Source of the DNA: Bugula neritina
Lineage: Eukaryota; Animalia; Bryozoa
NCBI GenBank assembly: GCA_964035545.1
Contig: OZ037766.1
Span: 17,137,081 to 17,201,080 of the forward strand
Reading direction: 5' to 3'
DNA: 64,000 nt
The translations under genes and the position numbers were made by a program. A model generated the notes under the pieces. The model ran no database searches and was not told the origin of the DNA. It saw only the letters and a program-made list of their open reading frames with translations. Of this stretch, positions 13,401 through 25,380 are shown one piece after another; the stretch's first letter is position 1, and the number at the start of each line of letters is the position of its first letter.

Positions 13401-14720
13401 TATTTGGGGGCCGCCTAACAGTAACCGGGGGTTGTTCAACAGTAAGTGGGGGTCAGTCGTCTAACTGGAAGTTGTCTATCTGGAATGACACTAGTCAAAA
13501 GTCACTACTAATTACCAAATGACATTGAATTTGATTATTAGTATTAATATTTATACATTATGATAATTTCAAGTTATCACTATCGGTATTGCCATCACCC
13601 ATGTCCCATAGGCATAGTGATATGCTATAACATTAACACGGCATAAGACAATATTATTGTTATCACGATTTTATTTTATAAGTCTCAGACTCAGAGAGTT
13701 GGTCTTAGCCTAAGAGTAAGTCAACGATAAGTTGCTGGGACAGCTATAACTTATTAAAATAATAAATAATTATATTTACTTTAAAATTTAAATGATATTT
13801 ATTATTATTATTCAAATAGATATAGTTTAGGTTAACAGTAACCAAGAATAATTTACGCTCATAGTGATAGTGATAACATTAAGTTAAACTATAAGACTTA
13901 GACTAACTCTAAGTGATAAGATTAAGTAACTAGTAACACTAACTGTAACTGTAAGTCACACTCATATTGATATTTAATTTCATAGCTCATAGTACTACAA
14001 CTAGTAGTAATAGTATTACCATTAGTATTACTATTACATTTACTATAGTATTAGTATTACTATACTTATACTATAGTATTACTATACCTAATAATACTAT
14101 TAGTATAACTATAGTATAAGTATAAGCCTAAAAAGTAAACCTAAAAGTAAAAGTAAACCTAGAGCCAGAGGGCAAAGGCTAAAAGTAAAGTTAGAGTAAA
14201 CTGAAAGTCAAAGGTTCAGGTTTGTTGGTTATACTTAATCTTACGTTATTGTTAATTTAAAATTTAACTTTTAGCTTTACTTTTCAATTCAACTATCATT
14301 ATCATTATGATTATGAGTTGTTAGGAACAAGTAGCATAGCCATAGGATAGGTATCAAACTCAAAGTGAAAGTGGTTCAACTTTAACTTGGCCACTTTTAT
14401 CATAAATTTAATAATTTATGGTTACCGTTATTACCAATTAATATTATCATTACCATAATCATAATGATTATGGTAAACTCAAAGGAAATGACAGTGAAAT
14501 TAAAAATAAATACTAGAAGAATAATGGATGCAGAAGGGTGAAATTGTGCTGAGGGGCACGAGATCCAAAGGCAAAGGTCATATAAAAAGGTGCATAACCT
14601 TATATTATAATATTATAATATTGGATCTAATAAATGTACCACGCTGGACTTTTCTAAATGCAGTCAAATGGCTAGTAAATAAATCACTGTCGGCGCGACA
14701 TCCAGTCGCTGGGTATTTTC

Positions 14721-14790
14721 CCATTGGCTAATTAAGTAATGCCTCTGATTGGCTTACTGCTTGTAAGCGCATAATGATAGCCAATCTTAA
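14721..14790 (-). promoter_or_regulatory. Tandem CCAAT-box element, candidate IMP3 promoter
   Basis: Minus strand reads TAAGCCAATCAGAGGCATTACTTAATTAGCCAATGG; near-identical to 24819-24854 on +; local CpG-richer patch. Confidence 0.4.
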
Positions 14791-14857
14791 TGTTTGTGTC
14801 ATGGCGTACACATGCACTCCAAATCGCTCTTTCTGTAGGCCATGATACCGACCACCT

Positions 14858-15197
14858 CTGGGAGTGTCCAACCCTTTTAGACCGAAGGCCTTTGAAAGGA
14901 AATTTTCCGGTGGGGAGACATTGTGAACTTTAGCTCATTCTGGGGCCACAGCATCAGCATTATTCAAATTACTTTGTTCCAAATTCTCATGAATCATTAC
15001 ACAATGAAGTCCTAATTGTTACTTGAGGCTTGTTTTGTAGTATGTGTAGAAATAACACATTTAAAAGGTTGTTTTTCACTGTAATTTATGCCTATGTGTG
15101 AAAGCAGGTTTTAGGTTTATGCCTTCGAAGGCATCGATCATAAATGTAGGCTGGGGCCACATCTGGTCCCGAGGCAGCCTGTTGGACAGCCCGGCAT
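14858..15197. mobile_element. Degenerate hAT-type MITE; relative at ~45914-46266
   Basis: Termini GTGTCCAACCCTTTT / GTTGGACAGCCC with internal GGGCCAC motifs. Confidence 0.5.
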
Positions 15198-15334
15198 TAG
15201 GTGAATGAAAATTCATTCTCATATTCATAGTACACAACTTCAAGTGGCGGATTTCCACTATAACATTTTTAATCAAACTATGCAAGTATTGGTATAATAA
15301 TTAATGTTGCCTGCAGTCACAAGGTGTTTAAAAA

Positions 15335-15760
15335 TGTTAATAGTGTTGTGAAATTGTGCTTCACTTAATTTGTGGGAATTAAAATTGAGGTAATGCTGCT
15401 GACTTAGAGTATGAAAGAGTTTGTTCACGCGAAGAATACAAAAGTTCCTAACTACACACAAAGACAAACGCTACATTATTATACCATAGCAGAAACACAA
15501 CCTAACTAATCCACTGCTGCTATCCAACTGCACGCTATACAAGTGCGCTGTCCATCAATTAGATAAAATACAGTCCCAGTTATATCTTGAACGTGGTCCG
15601 AGCGTCAGTAGGCGCTGTACAAGGCTAAATACATCGCCTCTAATACATGCTGAATATCAAGTATAGTCAAACATGGATTTGCCTGTTCGATATATACACT
15701 ATTACACAAATTCCTTACAATTTGGGAATAATTCATAGTTGTATTTGTTATAGATATGGC
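15335..15760 (-). mobile_element. LTR-like interspersed repeat, related to ~38520-39152 (+)
   Basis: Reverse complement shares TTGGATAGC..CAGT.GATTAG..GTTAGGTTGTGTT and the 3' end TTTAA..CCCA.CAA.T..GTGAA.GCACA with 38940-39150; boundaries approximate. Confidence 0.45.
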
Positions 15761-17065
15761 ATTGTGATACGAATCATGACATATCAAAACTATATGCATA
15801 TTGCTTATTCATGTTAATTTCCATTTGACTAGCCCTAGCTAGGTTGGTCATTATGTTTGTCATTTTTCAACTTTGGAGCCTATGCTAAAATTCAAATATA
15901 ACTTCCTCATCTTTATGCAAATAATATAATAAATTAGCACAGTTTAATGTAATAGAAATATTTATTTTTCATCACTAGGATGTTGCAGTTCCTCTTTTAT
16001 ATTAAGCATATAAATGTTTTGTTGTCATATTCACTTTCACTGTTTTGGTAAGACTTGCATTAAATAGCAGTCAAATTTAATGACTGCTGATGTGTGGCAG
16101 TTTGCATTGAAATATGGCTACAACTAATGTTTGTAATTTTATTCAGGTGTCCATCTTCTTGTCGGATAAAAATAGGGATGACTAGCAGTTATTATTACAA
16201 ATGATAGGGATGTTGAAAAATATCATAAAAATAAACAACAAAAAAACATTTGCATATATGATAAAAACCTGATAACACTGATGGATTGATAGTTTGATTA
16301 AGCAAATGTGAAAGGACGAAGCCTCGAATGTATAATACTGAGATTGACAGCCTCATAAATTTCAAAAATGTTCCAATATAAGCTATTCTCCCACACACTA
16401 AATGAGTGCACTACACACTTAAAAAGTGTACAATAGAATAGTGTTACAATATAATACCATGTCTATTACCTCTAGTCTCAAGTAAAAGAGAAAAAAACAA
16501 CGAACAAAAAATAATACATAAGCAGAAAAACACAGTTGAAAACTTTCCAATAGCACTGCAGCTAGTTGGAGAGCACTTGTCTTAAATGGTTGAAAATCCA
16601 GAGTATGTTTTGTGAAATAGATGTCAAAGTGTCTTATACCAATTCCCCAAGAAATAGCTGATAGCTGCTTTCTCCAGTAAATGCACCTAAAACATTACGA
16701 ATATGCTAGTTTAGAAGCAAGGCAAGAAAAATAAATAATGCTAATATGGGAAAATACAAAAAAATTGTTAACTATGTAAATCCAAGAAACAATAAAAAGT
16801 CGTGCAATTAAAATGTTGGCACAAATGTATTATGGAAAACAAATATTTTATGACTCTGCAATCAGATTAATCAACGACACCAAGAAGATAACCTCCAAAT
16901 CCAACAGTTCACCCACTGAGGCTATTATAATTTATTATAATTATACAATCTGGTGCCATAACATAATAATTGCTCCAGAAGATTGCGGAATCCCTATACA
17001 CTACAGTATTAGCAGCTAAGAAGTAGCAAATGGCCTATATACAGCCAGGAGGTGGGAGTTGCAAA

Positions 17066-17547
17066 ATCCCAGCATATTACTCACCTCTATCCCAGCATAT
17101 TACCCACCTCTATCTCAGCATATTACTCACCTCTATCCCAGCATATTACTCACCTCTATCTCAGCATATTACTCACCTCCATGCCAGCATATTACCCACC
17201 TCTATCCCAGCATATTACTCACCTCTATCTCAGCATATTACTCACCTCCATGCCAGCATATTACCCACCTCTATCCCAACATATTACTCACCTCTATCCC
17301 AGCATATTACTCACCTCTATCCCAGCATATTACTCACCTCCATGCCAGCATATTACTCACTTCTATCCCAGCATATTACTCACCTCTATCCCAGCATATT
17401 ACTCACCTCCATGCCAGCATATTACTCACCTTTATCCCAGCATATTACTCACCTTTATCCCAGCATATTACTCACCTCCATGCCAGCATATTACTCACCT
17501 CCATGCCAGCATATTACTCACCTTTATCCCAGCATATTACTCACCTC
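17066..17547 (-). repeat. 23-bp minisatellite, about 21 copies (CAGCATATTACTCACCTCTATCC and variants)
   Basis: Head-to-tail units; minus strand reads AG/GTGAGT in most units. Confidence 0.95.
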
Positions 17548-18149
17548 GTAGCAAAGAACATTCAGAGAGTTGGTTCCCATTCCTAAATTGTAACATGTTT
17601 CAGTGTAGCAATCAATATTCCTGTCCTAAGTCAACCAGTTTAATGATTGAGTTCCAGGTACATACAATAAAAACAATATTTTATGTTTATTTCTTATAAT
17701 ATAGTAACTAGTTGCCATTTACTGCAGTCTTGAGAATACAACGTACAAGCAAACACTGTACTAATATCTTAAATTAATATAACACTGCAGCAGCAATAAA
17801 AATTGTGAGCTTTTTGAATAGGTGCCATCAGTAACTGTAAATGATACAACACCTCACTGTTGAGCATATTGTTGGACTAAAAGCATAAGAGAAGAGAGAG
17901 GCAAGTATATATGGAGTGAGATCAATTTATCTGATGCATGCATATAACTTCCTGTATTTGTACTGCAATAACTTTCTTGTTGCTTACTAGCTCAAAAGTT
18001 TAAAGCAGAAGTCAATATTAAAGAAAAAACCATTTACCTATATATACATTACAAATACATAGCAAAATAATGCTAATAAATGCAAATTGTCAACCCTCTA
18101 AGCTGATATTTTAGAAATGTCTTTTGAGAAATTGCAAAAGTTTGGCAAT

Positions 18150-18870
18150 TAGCAATTTCTTGCAGAGAGCTTTGCAAAAAAATGTGGGAAGTGAAAAAAA
18201 TGAGTGACTGCTTTTGATTAGCTGCTTTTGAATGACTAATAATTTTTTTTCGCCCAGTGAACTTTGTTAAAATTACATTTATTTTAAATTCTACAGGTGT
18301 AATCAGAGATGACACAGTCACCTTAGACATTAAAGGGACTAAAAACATTTTTCCATATAAGGGAACAACAAAATTACGAGACTTCATCAAAAAGTTAAAA
18401 AAATGAATGCAAAGAGATGGAATGTGCCATCCTAAGCAAAGGTGAAGCTGTAAATCAACTGATGTTATAACATATTTCTAAAGTTATTATTGGCCACTTA
18501 ATGTTTTTGTTTGCTTCTTTGCATGAACAAGAAGATTCCCTAACTTGTAACTTTTACAGGATGGCCTTGCAAGGAATGCAGAGATTGAAGAAAAAAGTGA
18601 GTGATTCGTTTTGATTAGCAGCTTTCAAATGACTCATAAATTTGTTACTCCAGTGAACTTTGTTTTATTTACGTTGTCTATGAACTCCACAGGTTTAATT
18701 ACAGATAAGAGAGTGACTTTAAATATAAAAAGGGTAAAGAAAAATTTTCCTTTCAACGGAGCAATAAAAGTTCGAGAATTCGTTAAAGAGTTGAAGAATG
18801 AGTGCAAAGGGGTGGGATGTGCCATCCTAAGCAAAGGTAAAGCTGTAAATCAACTGATTTTTTAACCTCT
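18150..18870 (+). pseudogene. Tandemly duplicated exon pair of an unidentified gene, degenerate
   Basis: Two diverged ~400-bp units. In unit 2, AG/GT-bounded exons at 18560-18596 and 18693-18836 (LITDKRVTLNIKRVKKNFPFNGAIKVREFVKELKNECKGVGCAILSK); unit 1 has a lost donor (ATGAGT) and a frameshift. Confidence 0.4.
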
Positions 18871-21051
18871 TCTCTCTTAATTTTTTCTTAGCTACTTGAT
18901 GTTTGAATTTGCTTCTTTGTAATAGCAGATTGGTTCATCAACCTTCAGTGTATTTGGTTATAACCACTTTTCATATGAGTGCCACATACAGTTGCAATAA
19001 TTAAAAAAACAGAATAACCCTGTAAACAAGAGTAACAGAAAGATTATTTCCTATTAAAGCAGAATGTCCATAAGAAATTCACTAAAAAAACATCAAAGAG
19101 GAGTAAAATGAAGTGAAATACACTGTTCAAAAGGAAGTTAAAGCTGTATATCATATGTTTGAATGGCTACTTTTAAAATCTGAAAATTTTGCAATATTGC
19201 GGAATACCGAGGGTTTCCGAAATTCAGGGTATAAAAGGGCCAGCTAGACAGAGTAGAATCAGTCCACTGCTGAAGCTCAGAGATTACACTACCAATATTA
19301 ATACTATTATACCTTTGAAGCAGACTTGAGACTGATAAAGATTTTTACACCTTAAAATTGCCTTCTCCTTCTTTTACAACACAAAGAGTTATGTTTTCTA
19401 GTTAGATTCTCACAACAACTTCCAAATACATAAAATTAAAAACATGTAATACATTATGATTCAAGCTCATAAATTACAAACACGTTGAGTGGCAGCAAAA
19501 TGTGCAGATTAAAAATATGCACAAATTTAAACTGCAATTACATCCTGTTTCTGCTTATAAAAATTTTCAGTTTGTTTAATTTCATTAAATAACGCATATT
19601 AAGTTCTCATCATAAATTTGTTGTGCAAACATGTAACAAAGATGTACAAACTAGTAACGCTGGATCATTTTGCCACATGACATGAGCCAGTCTGGTAAAT
19701 AAATCACTCTGGTACACACACCCTTACAAAGAATAGACTGGTAGAACTGCATAAGTGAAAAAAACAAGTACAGCATTAAAATATATTTACTATAGCATGG
19801 GAGATGTTCTATTCCTAACAGTCACAGTTAGTGAAAAGAAAGCCATGGACTAGGCAACAGTCATTGAGCATTTAACTGCCACCTGTGCTATAGCTCCCTG
19901 GTAATGACTGTTTAAATAATCGATGACAAAGATTCAAATTTGTTCATTTTACCAGCACAATGTGTTAATGTAAAAATTATCCAGGGTACTTTCATTAACT
20001 GGCATAGTTGTATCTGAACAAGTTACATGCGGACGAACAGGTTCAACTAGTAACATGTAATAAACATGCAGGTTCGGCTAGATAACATGAAGAGTGAGCT
20101 AGATATAATAAAAAGTGAACTCACTAAAGCAGGTCCCTCCATAAAGTAGACATCCTTGTCAAACTAATGCCAGTAATAGAGAAGACATCATTGTCAAACT
20201 AATGTTTGTTAGAAGTGACATTTTGTAGTCACTAAGTTATTCCCAACCAAGCAGAAGCAATCTGCAGAAGGGAGCACTTGGTAAGTATTTTCAAAGGTCA
20301 AACAAAACAGCTGATTATTATGAAATTGCAGGTTCATCAGTTACTATAGAGTATAGATCGACAAAATAAAAAATCTTTTTAATTCTATTTTTCACCAAAC
20401 CTAATAACTTTTAAACCCACTTTACACCTCAAATCATTTAACCACTACTTATAAATTATAATAATATACTTTCTATTACCTATTATCTCACACTCACTTG
20501 CTGCTGGATCCAGAGTTGGGCTTACCTCCAAGTGAAATCAAGCTTTGAGGATTTGTACCTAAGGCTAGCAATGTTCATGGTACCTGCACAAAAGGAAATA
20601 ACAGCTTAATGGTAAGGAAACTGCGGTAATTGGTTGGAATGAGAAACTGGCAATGAAGACAGAAACAAATCCATTTTGCATTAAAGGACACATGATCATA
20701 TCATACATATAACCAATTGCCAGGAACAAAAAGAGAAAAATTCTACCAGTTGATGGGTAGTTCGCAGATTACATTTGATGAAATCTGTAATAGCTTATTT
20801 TATCAGAATTTAATATAAGTGCTCACTCAGTATCTCACCAAGTTACGGGTCCTGAAGCCTCAATTCGTGACATAGTAGAAACCTGATTTAACTCACAGAA
20901 ATTTTAAATTCAACCATTTGGTCCCTACACATACATAAATACAGCTACTAAATGACCCGTGGCCATTAAATCTGAGCTTGTCAATGTATACACAATTGTA
21001 TTTGACTTTTAGTCCAATACTATCAAAACAGCAGACTTCATGCTAATCTGT

Positions 21052-22361
21052 TATGGGGGGGGGGGGGGGGGGGAATTTTTGAGTTTTTTGCTCTCATTCG
21101 CCTGTTTTTGAAGTTACTAGTTCAATAATTTCTAGTCTAAATGCTGCATCTGTTGTCTATTACAGGTATCAGTTTGTTTTTTCTATCTCTCTCACAACTT
21201 TCAGAATAATGAAACTTTCATTATGAAAAAATCGGCCCATCGTGCCCCGGTACAGGGGTACAATGGGCCACTAGGTGGGACACAACAAATATATTGAAAC
21301 TTTGTTGATTTGGTTGCATCTGATCTTAATTTGATTAATATGCACAAATAAATAAAAATACTCTTTCAGATCTACACCAAAATTCATGTTTTAGCTGTAC
21401 AGTTTGTACCACCACAGATAACAAGGGGAGGCAAAACCAAACGCACATCACTCATTTCTACGGTACCATTTTAATTACTGTTTAGAACTAAAAATGTTTT
21501 TTCTATTTCCACTTGACAGGAACTTTCATCAGAAAAAACTTTAGTAACATACGTACTACAAAATTCCAAGTAGACTTTTTTCTATGAACTGTATTAGCTA
21601 AGCTGCATGGCTGAGCTGTTTTGTGACTGGAATACGGAAAGGGAGGGGGAGGAAATGAGCAAATCAGAATTTATTTTAGTCAGATACATGTATAATTCCT
21701 CAATGATATAATATATAGTGAATATCATGACTATCCATTAGTATAGCAACAGCAGAGTGTTTTGTATAATGTATAAAATGGCAAAGCTATGACCTCACCA
21801 AATGTTTATAGGCCTATTATAGGGGAGCTTCACCTTGTAGTTTGGTAGTCTTACCATGATGTCTTTGGTACTTTAAAAAAAGGTCAGAAATGGTTATATT
21901 TATAGATATTATTAACATTTCATCTAACTTTTTGGGCAAACAAACTAATAACAGTGATCAGGGTGCAAGGATCAAGTGGCCCATTGTGCCCCGTGTGGCG
22001 TAGTTGAAAATAGATATGGCTCAAAGATAATTTATTTTAGAGTTTGCTGTAATACAAGTTGAGCAACGTAGGGACAAGCAATGGCAACAATATCAGTAAA
22101 ATCTATACTTGTTACCTTTGAGTGTAAAAAGCTATAAAGCTTTCAAGACATCTTAAAAAATTTACAAAAAGTAGGTACCTAAAAACAGTTTTGATTTGCC
22201 TCTTCAACATGCATGCTCAGCAAGTGTTGAAACTACAATGGCTAAAAATTTATGTCAATACCTTTTTATTAAAAAAAATCACAGCTCTAAGTTAATAAGT
22301 TCTCTCACAATTTGACCGGCTTTTTGTACCCCTATCACCGTTGTGCCCCCCCCCCCCCATA
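21052..22361 (+). mobile_element. Non-autonomous DNA transposon with poly-G/poly-C termini
   Basis: TATG(G)n left end and (C)nCATAC right end; internal homology to 6419-7268. Confidence 0.6.
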
Positions 22362-24818
22362 CTCGGTTATATAAGAAATAGTGTACTTTATTTTAGTGAG
22401 TAGAAACAACAAGTAAAGTTACACTAAGCGCAGGGCCACACGAAGCGTTATACACGTTTATGCAATGGCTCCGAACTGAAGCCAAGCATGGGTGTATTTG
22501 GGGTCGTCTATCTGAAATGACAGTATTGCAATGTCCAATTAAATTGCTGCTGAGAAACTGCAAGGGCTGACTTTGAATGCTTTCAAACACAAGCAAATTG
22601 GATCATTGCTTTACCCTCTGGCTAAGAACTGACATTGTGTAATAACATGTAAAATATTATGCACAGATACGGTACATGGAATGCATATTTTTAGTTTTAA
22701 AATCATGTGACTAGGTATATTATTGCCGTAGTGAATTTTACAATTGAAACATGTTAGGCTAAAGGCACAGTTTTCACAGCTAGATTAAGTGACTGGTATA
22801 ATATCACAATAGTTATTCAAGCAAAATGAGGAATATATATCATTTTCTCGTTGTGAGAAAAATAAGGAACTTATGTTTCGTCTAAATACACTTTCATAGG
22901 CACAAATGTTAAAAATGAAGAGTTGTTTTCTTTCTTGCAGCTACACATCTAAAATTAATAACTCAGGCCCTACATCCACAGTGTAACGGCTAAATATTTA
23001 CATTACACTAAGTCTACTTCTGTAAGTTAAGTACAAGATATTTGTGCTGTTGGTAAATGTTTTTAATACAACAGCTAGATTATTTATTTATTCCATCAGT
23101 AACTGTCTATCATAATATGAATAAATAGTTATACCTCTTGATATTCTGGGTCCAATATTATTTGCATGAGGTTCATGTTGATTAAATTACCAATCAGACA
23201 CAAATGCCTATAACAAAAATCATCAGCAACTATACATGACTAAAAGCACCCTATAATGTGGCTCATCATGTAAACACAAACATAGAAGCATGAGAAATGC
23301 TGATATTATTGTTTATACTTTAAAAGTAGTTAGCAGTTCCAATGCAATAGTTAGTCTCATTTATTAACAGTGTTTTAAATAACATCAGTTATAAATGCCA
23401 TCTTTGCTGCCAACATAATATCATGATCATAGTACATAATAGACATCGCCTATTTGAATAAACTTTGTTATCTGTTACTGTAACCCAAATGTTTTTGGTT
23501 TTCTTATTGATTAAGAAATAAGATCATTGCCAGCTGGCAGTTGAGAAGTGCATGCATGCATCTTTTTGTTGAAGTAATAGTCTAGTTGGAGGTAAGCAAA
23601 GGGATTTCATTTAGACATTGAGAAAAGCTTGTGTTCTAAATTATAGATGTTGCAAGAGAAGGTAGAATTTTAACCTGCACTCCAAACTAAAATTTAATAA
23701 GAAAATTTAAGAACTTGGACTATCTCAATTTCTCCACTACTACTAATGTAGTTTCCAGAGACCTGTGCTTGTGGGTTTAATTACTTTTAAACCTTGAGAT
23801 GCTTTTAGTAAAATATGTGTTTAATCAATGAACTTGCAATAATTTGGCATTACACTTGCTATAAAAATACTCTGAACTCATTTATCGTTTTTATCATTTA
23901 CATAGTGATAAGGAGGCTATATTTTAAAGCTAGGTAGCTCCAAAGTTAAGAAAAATAACAAAATGAAAGCTGTTTAGGTCAAGGGGAAATGAACAGGAAC
24001 TGTCACCCGGTAGATTTAATATACCAGTAGGCTGGATCTTACTCATAGTCAACTCAATTATCATATTTATATCAAGTATATAAAATATGTTTGACCACAG
24101 CATGCGCATGAGAAATGTTATTAATATTATACTGAGTTTTATTATACTAGGTCTGATAGTAAATGTAATAGACCAGTACCAATACTAATAGAGTAATACT
24201 AACGCAACTATAACTTATAATATTTATAATAAGTATAACAATAACGGATAGTGATAAATAGTACTAATACTACATTTAGTCTCACTTGGAGTTTTAAACA
24301 AGAAACATAATCGTAAATTTTACATTAATTGGTCAACAATGAACGATGTCCTTGAAGTTATGTGGATTCTTGCATACAAACTTCACCAAGCCAACAAACT
24401 GAAATTGTAACACTCACACTGTCACTATCAGACCAGCTCTAGGTCTCCCTCTAGTTTGAGTAGATGTCGCAGTTAAGAAATGCCAAGTCCAATGGAATAT
24501 TAAGAGTGAGTATAATGGTAATATTAATACTAATACAATAGGCAATAGCCATAGGGATAGGCTAAGCCCATAGCCATAGGCATCAGGCACGCAATCACGA
24601 TTGGTGAGCCGATAAAGTGGCTATTTGTATAAGCATACTTGGTTTTACTTTGAATTTTATAACTATCCACTGATTTTAAGGCATTATCGATGTGGTAGTA
24701 GTAAGTGGTTGTAGAGGTCGAAGTTCTAGTAATCGCATTATTGGTATTAGAAGTGTGAGTTGGAGTGCACGTGCGAGCCATAATGGTTGCAGACATCAAC
24801 TCATGTGATTAGAATTAT

Positions 24819-24860
24819 TAAGCCAATCAGAGACGCTACCTAATTAGCCAATCAGAAAAG
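24819..24860 (+). promoter_or_regulatory. Tandem CCAAT-box element, candidate AKR promoter
   Basis: TAAGCCAATCAGAGACGCTACCTAATTAGCCAATCAG about 530 bp upstream of the AKR ATG, followed by a CpG-richer region. Confidence 0.45.
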
Positions 24861-25380
24861 ATCTAACTACTGACTGCGTATAAATTATAATATTATATAA
24901 AAAAATCTCCCATTAAACTAGAAAAACGTTAAATTTGATGCGCTACTTGACTAACTATTTTAACGGGTCAAATCAATCATGTTTTTATAACCTTAAGTGC
25001 CGATATAATCTTTCGCTTCAACAGGGCTCCTACAACTACCGCACTTACTAGGATACGGGTTTGGACAAACTTGTGGGAAAGGTAGTAAAAAAATTCGCGC
25101 TTGCAAGGATTTTGAATGCAAACAGGTATTTTGCCAACCGCATGTTGCTCTCACGAGTTTTGCGCAGTGGAAACCAGGCTTCGTAAAGTTAAACATATTG
25201 AGTTTGTAAAACTTCAAGTTTGTTTTTACTTTTGCTGGCAAACTCGTTATTACTCGTTATTACTCACTATTCTTATATTCTAGTCACATTTTATGTTGTA
25301 TTCGTTCACTGCATAATTATAATATTAATACTAATAGACATAGTGATAATTATACTTATAGCCTATAGGACAGTATCAAT

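Noticed and set aside
17030-17699. Three long overlapping ORFs / CRISPR-like array
   Set aside because: Produced by a stop-free 23-bp tandem repeat; no unique spacers, no cas genes, eukaryotic context.
23170-23270. C/D box snoRNA in the putative minus-strand transcript
   Set aside because: Box C to box D spacing is only about 40-46 nt, with no terminal stem.
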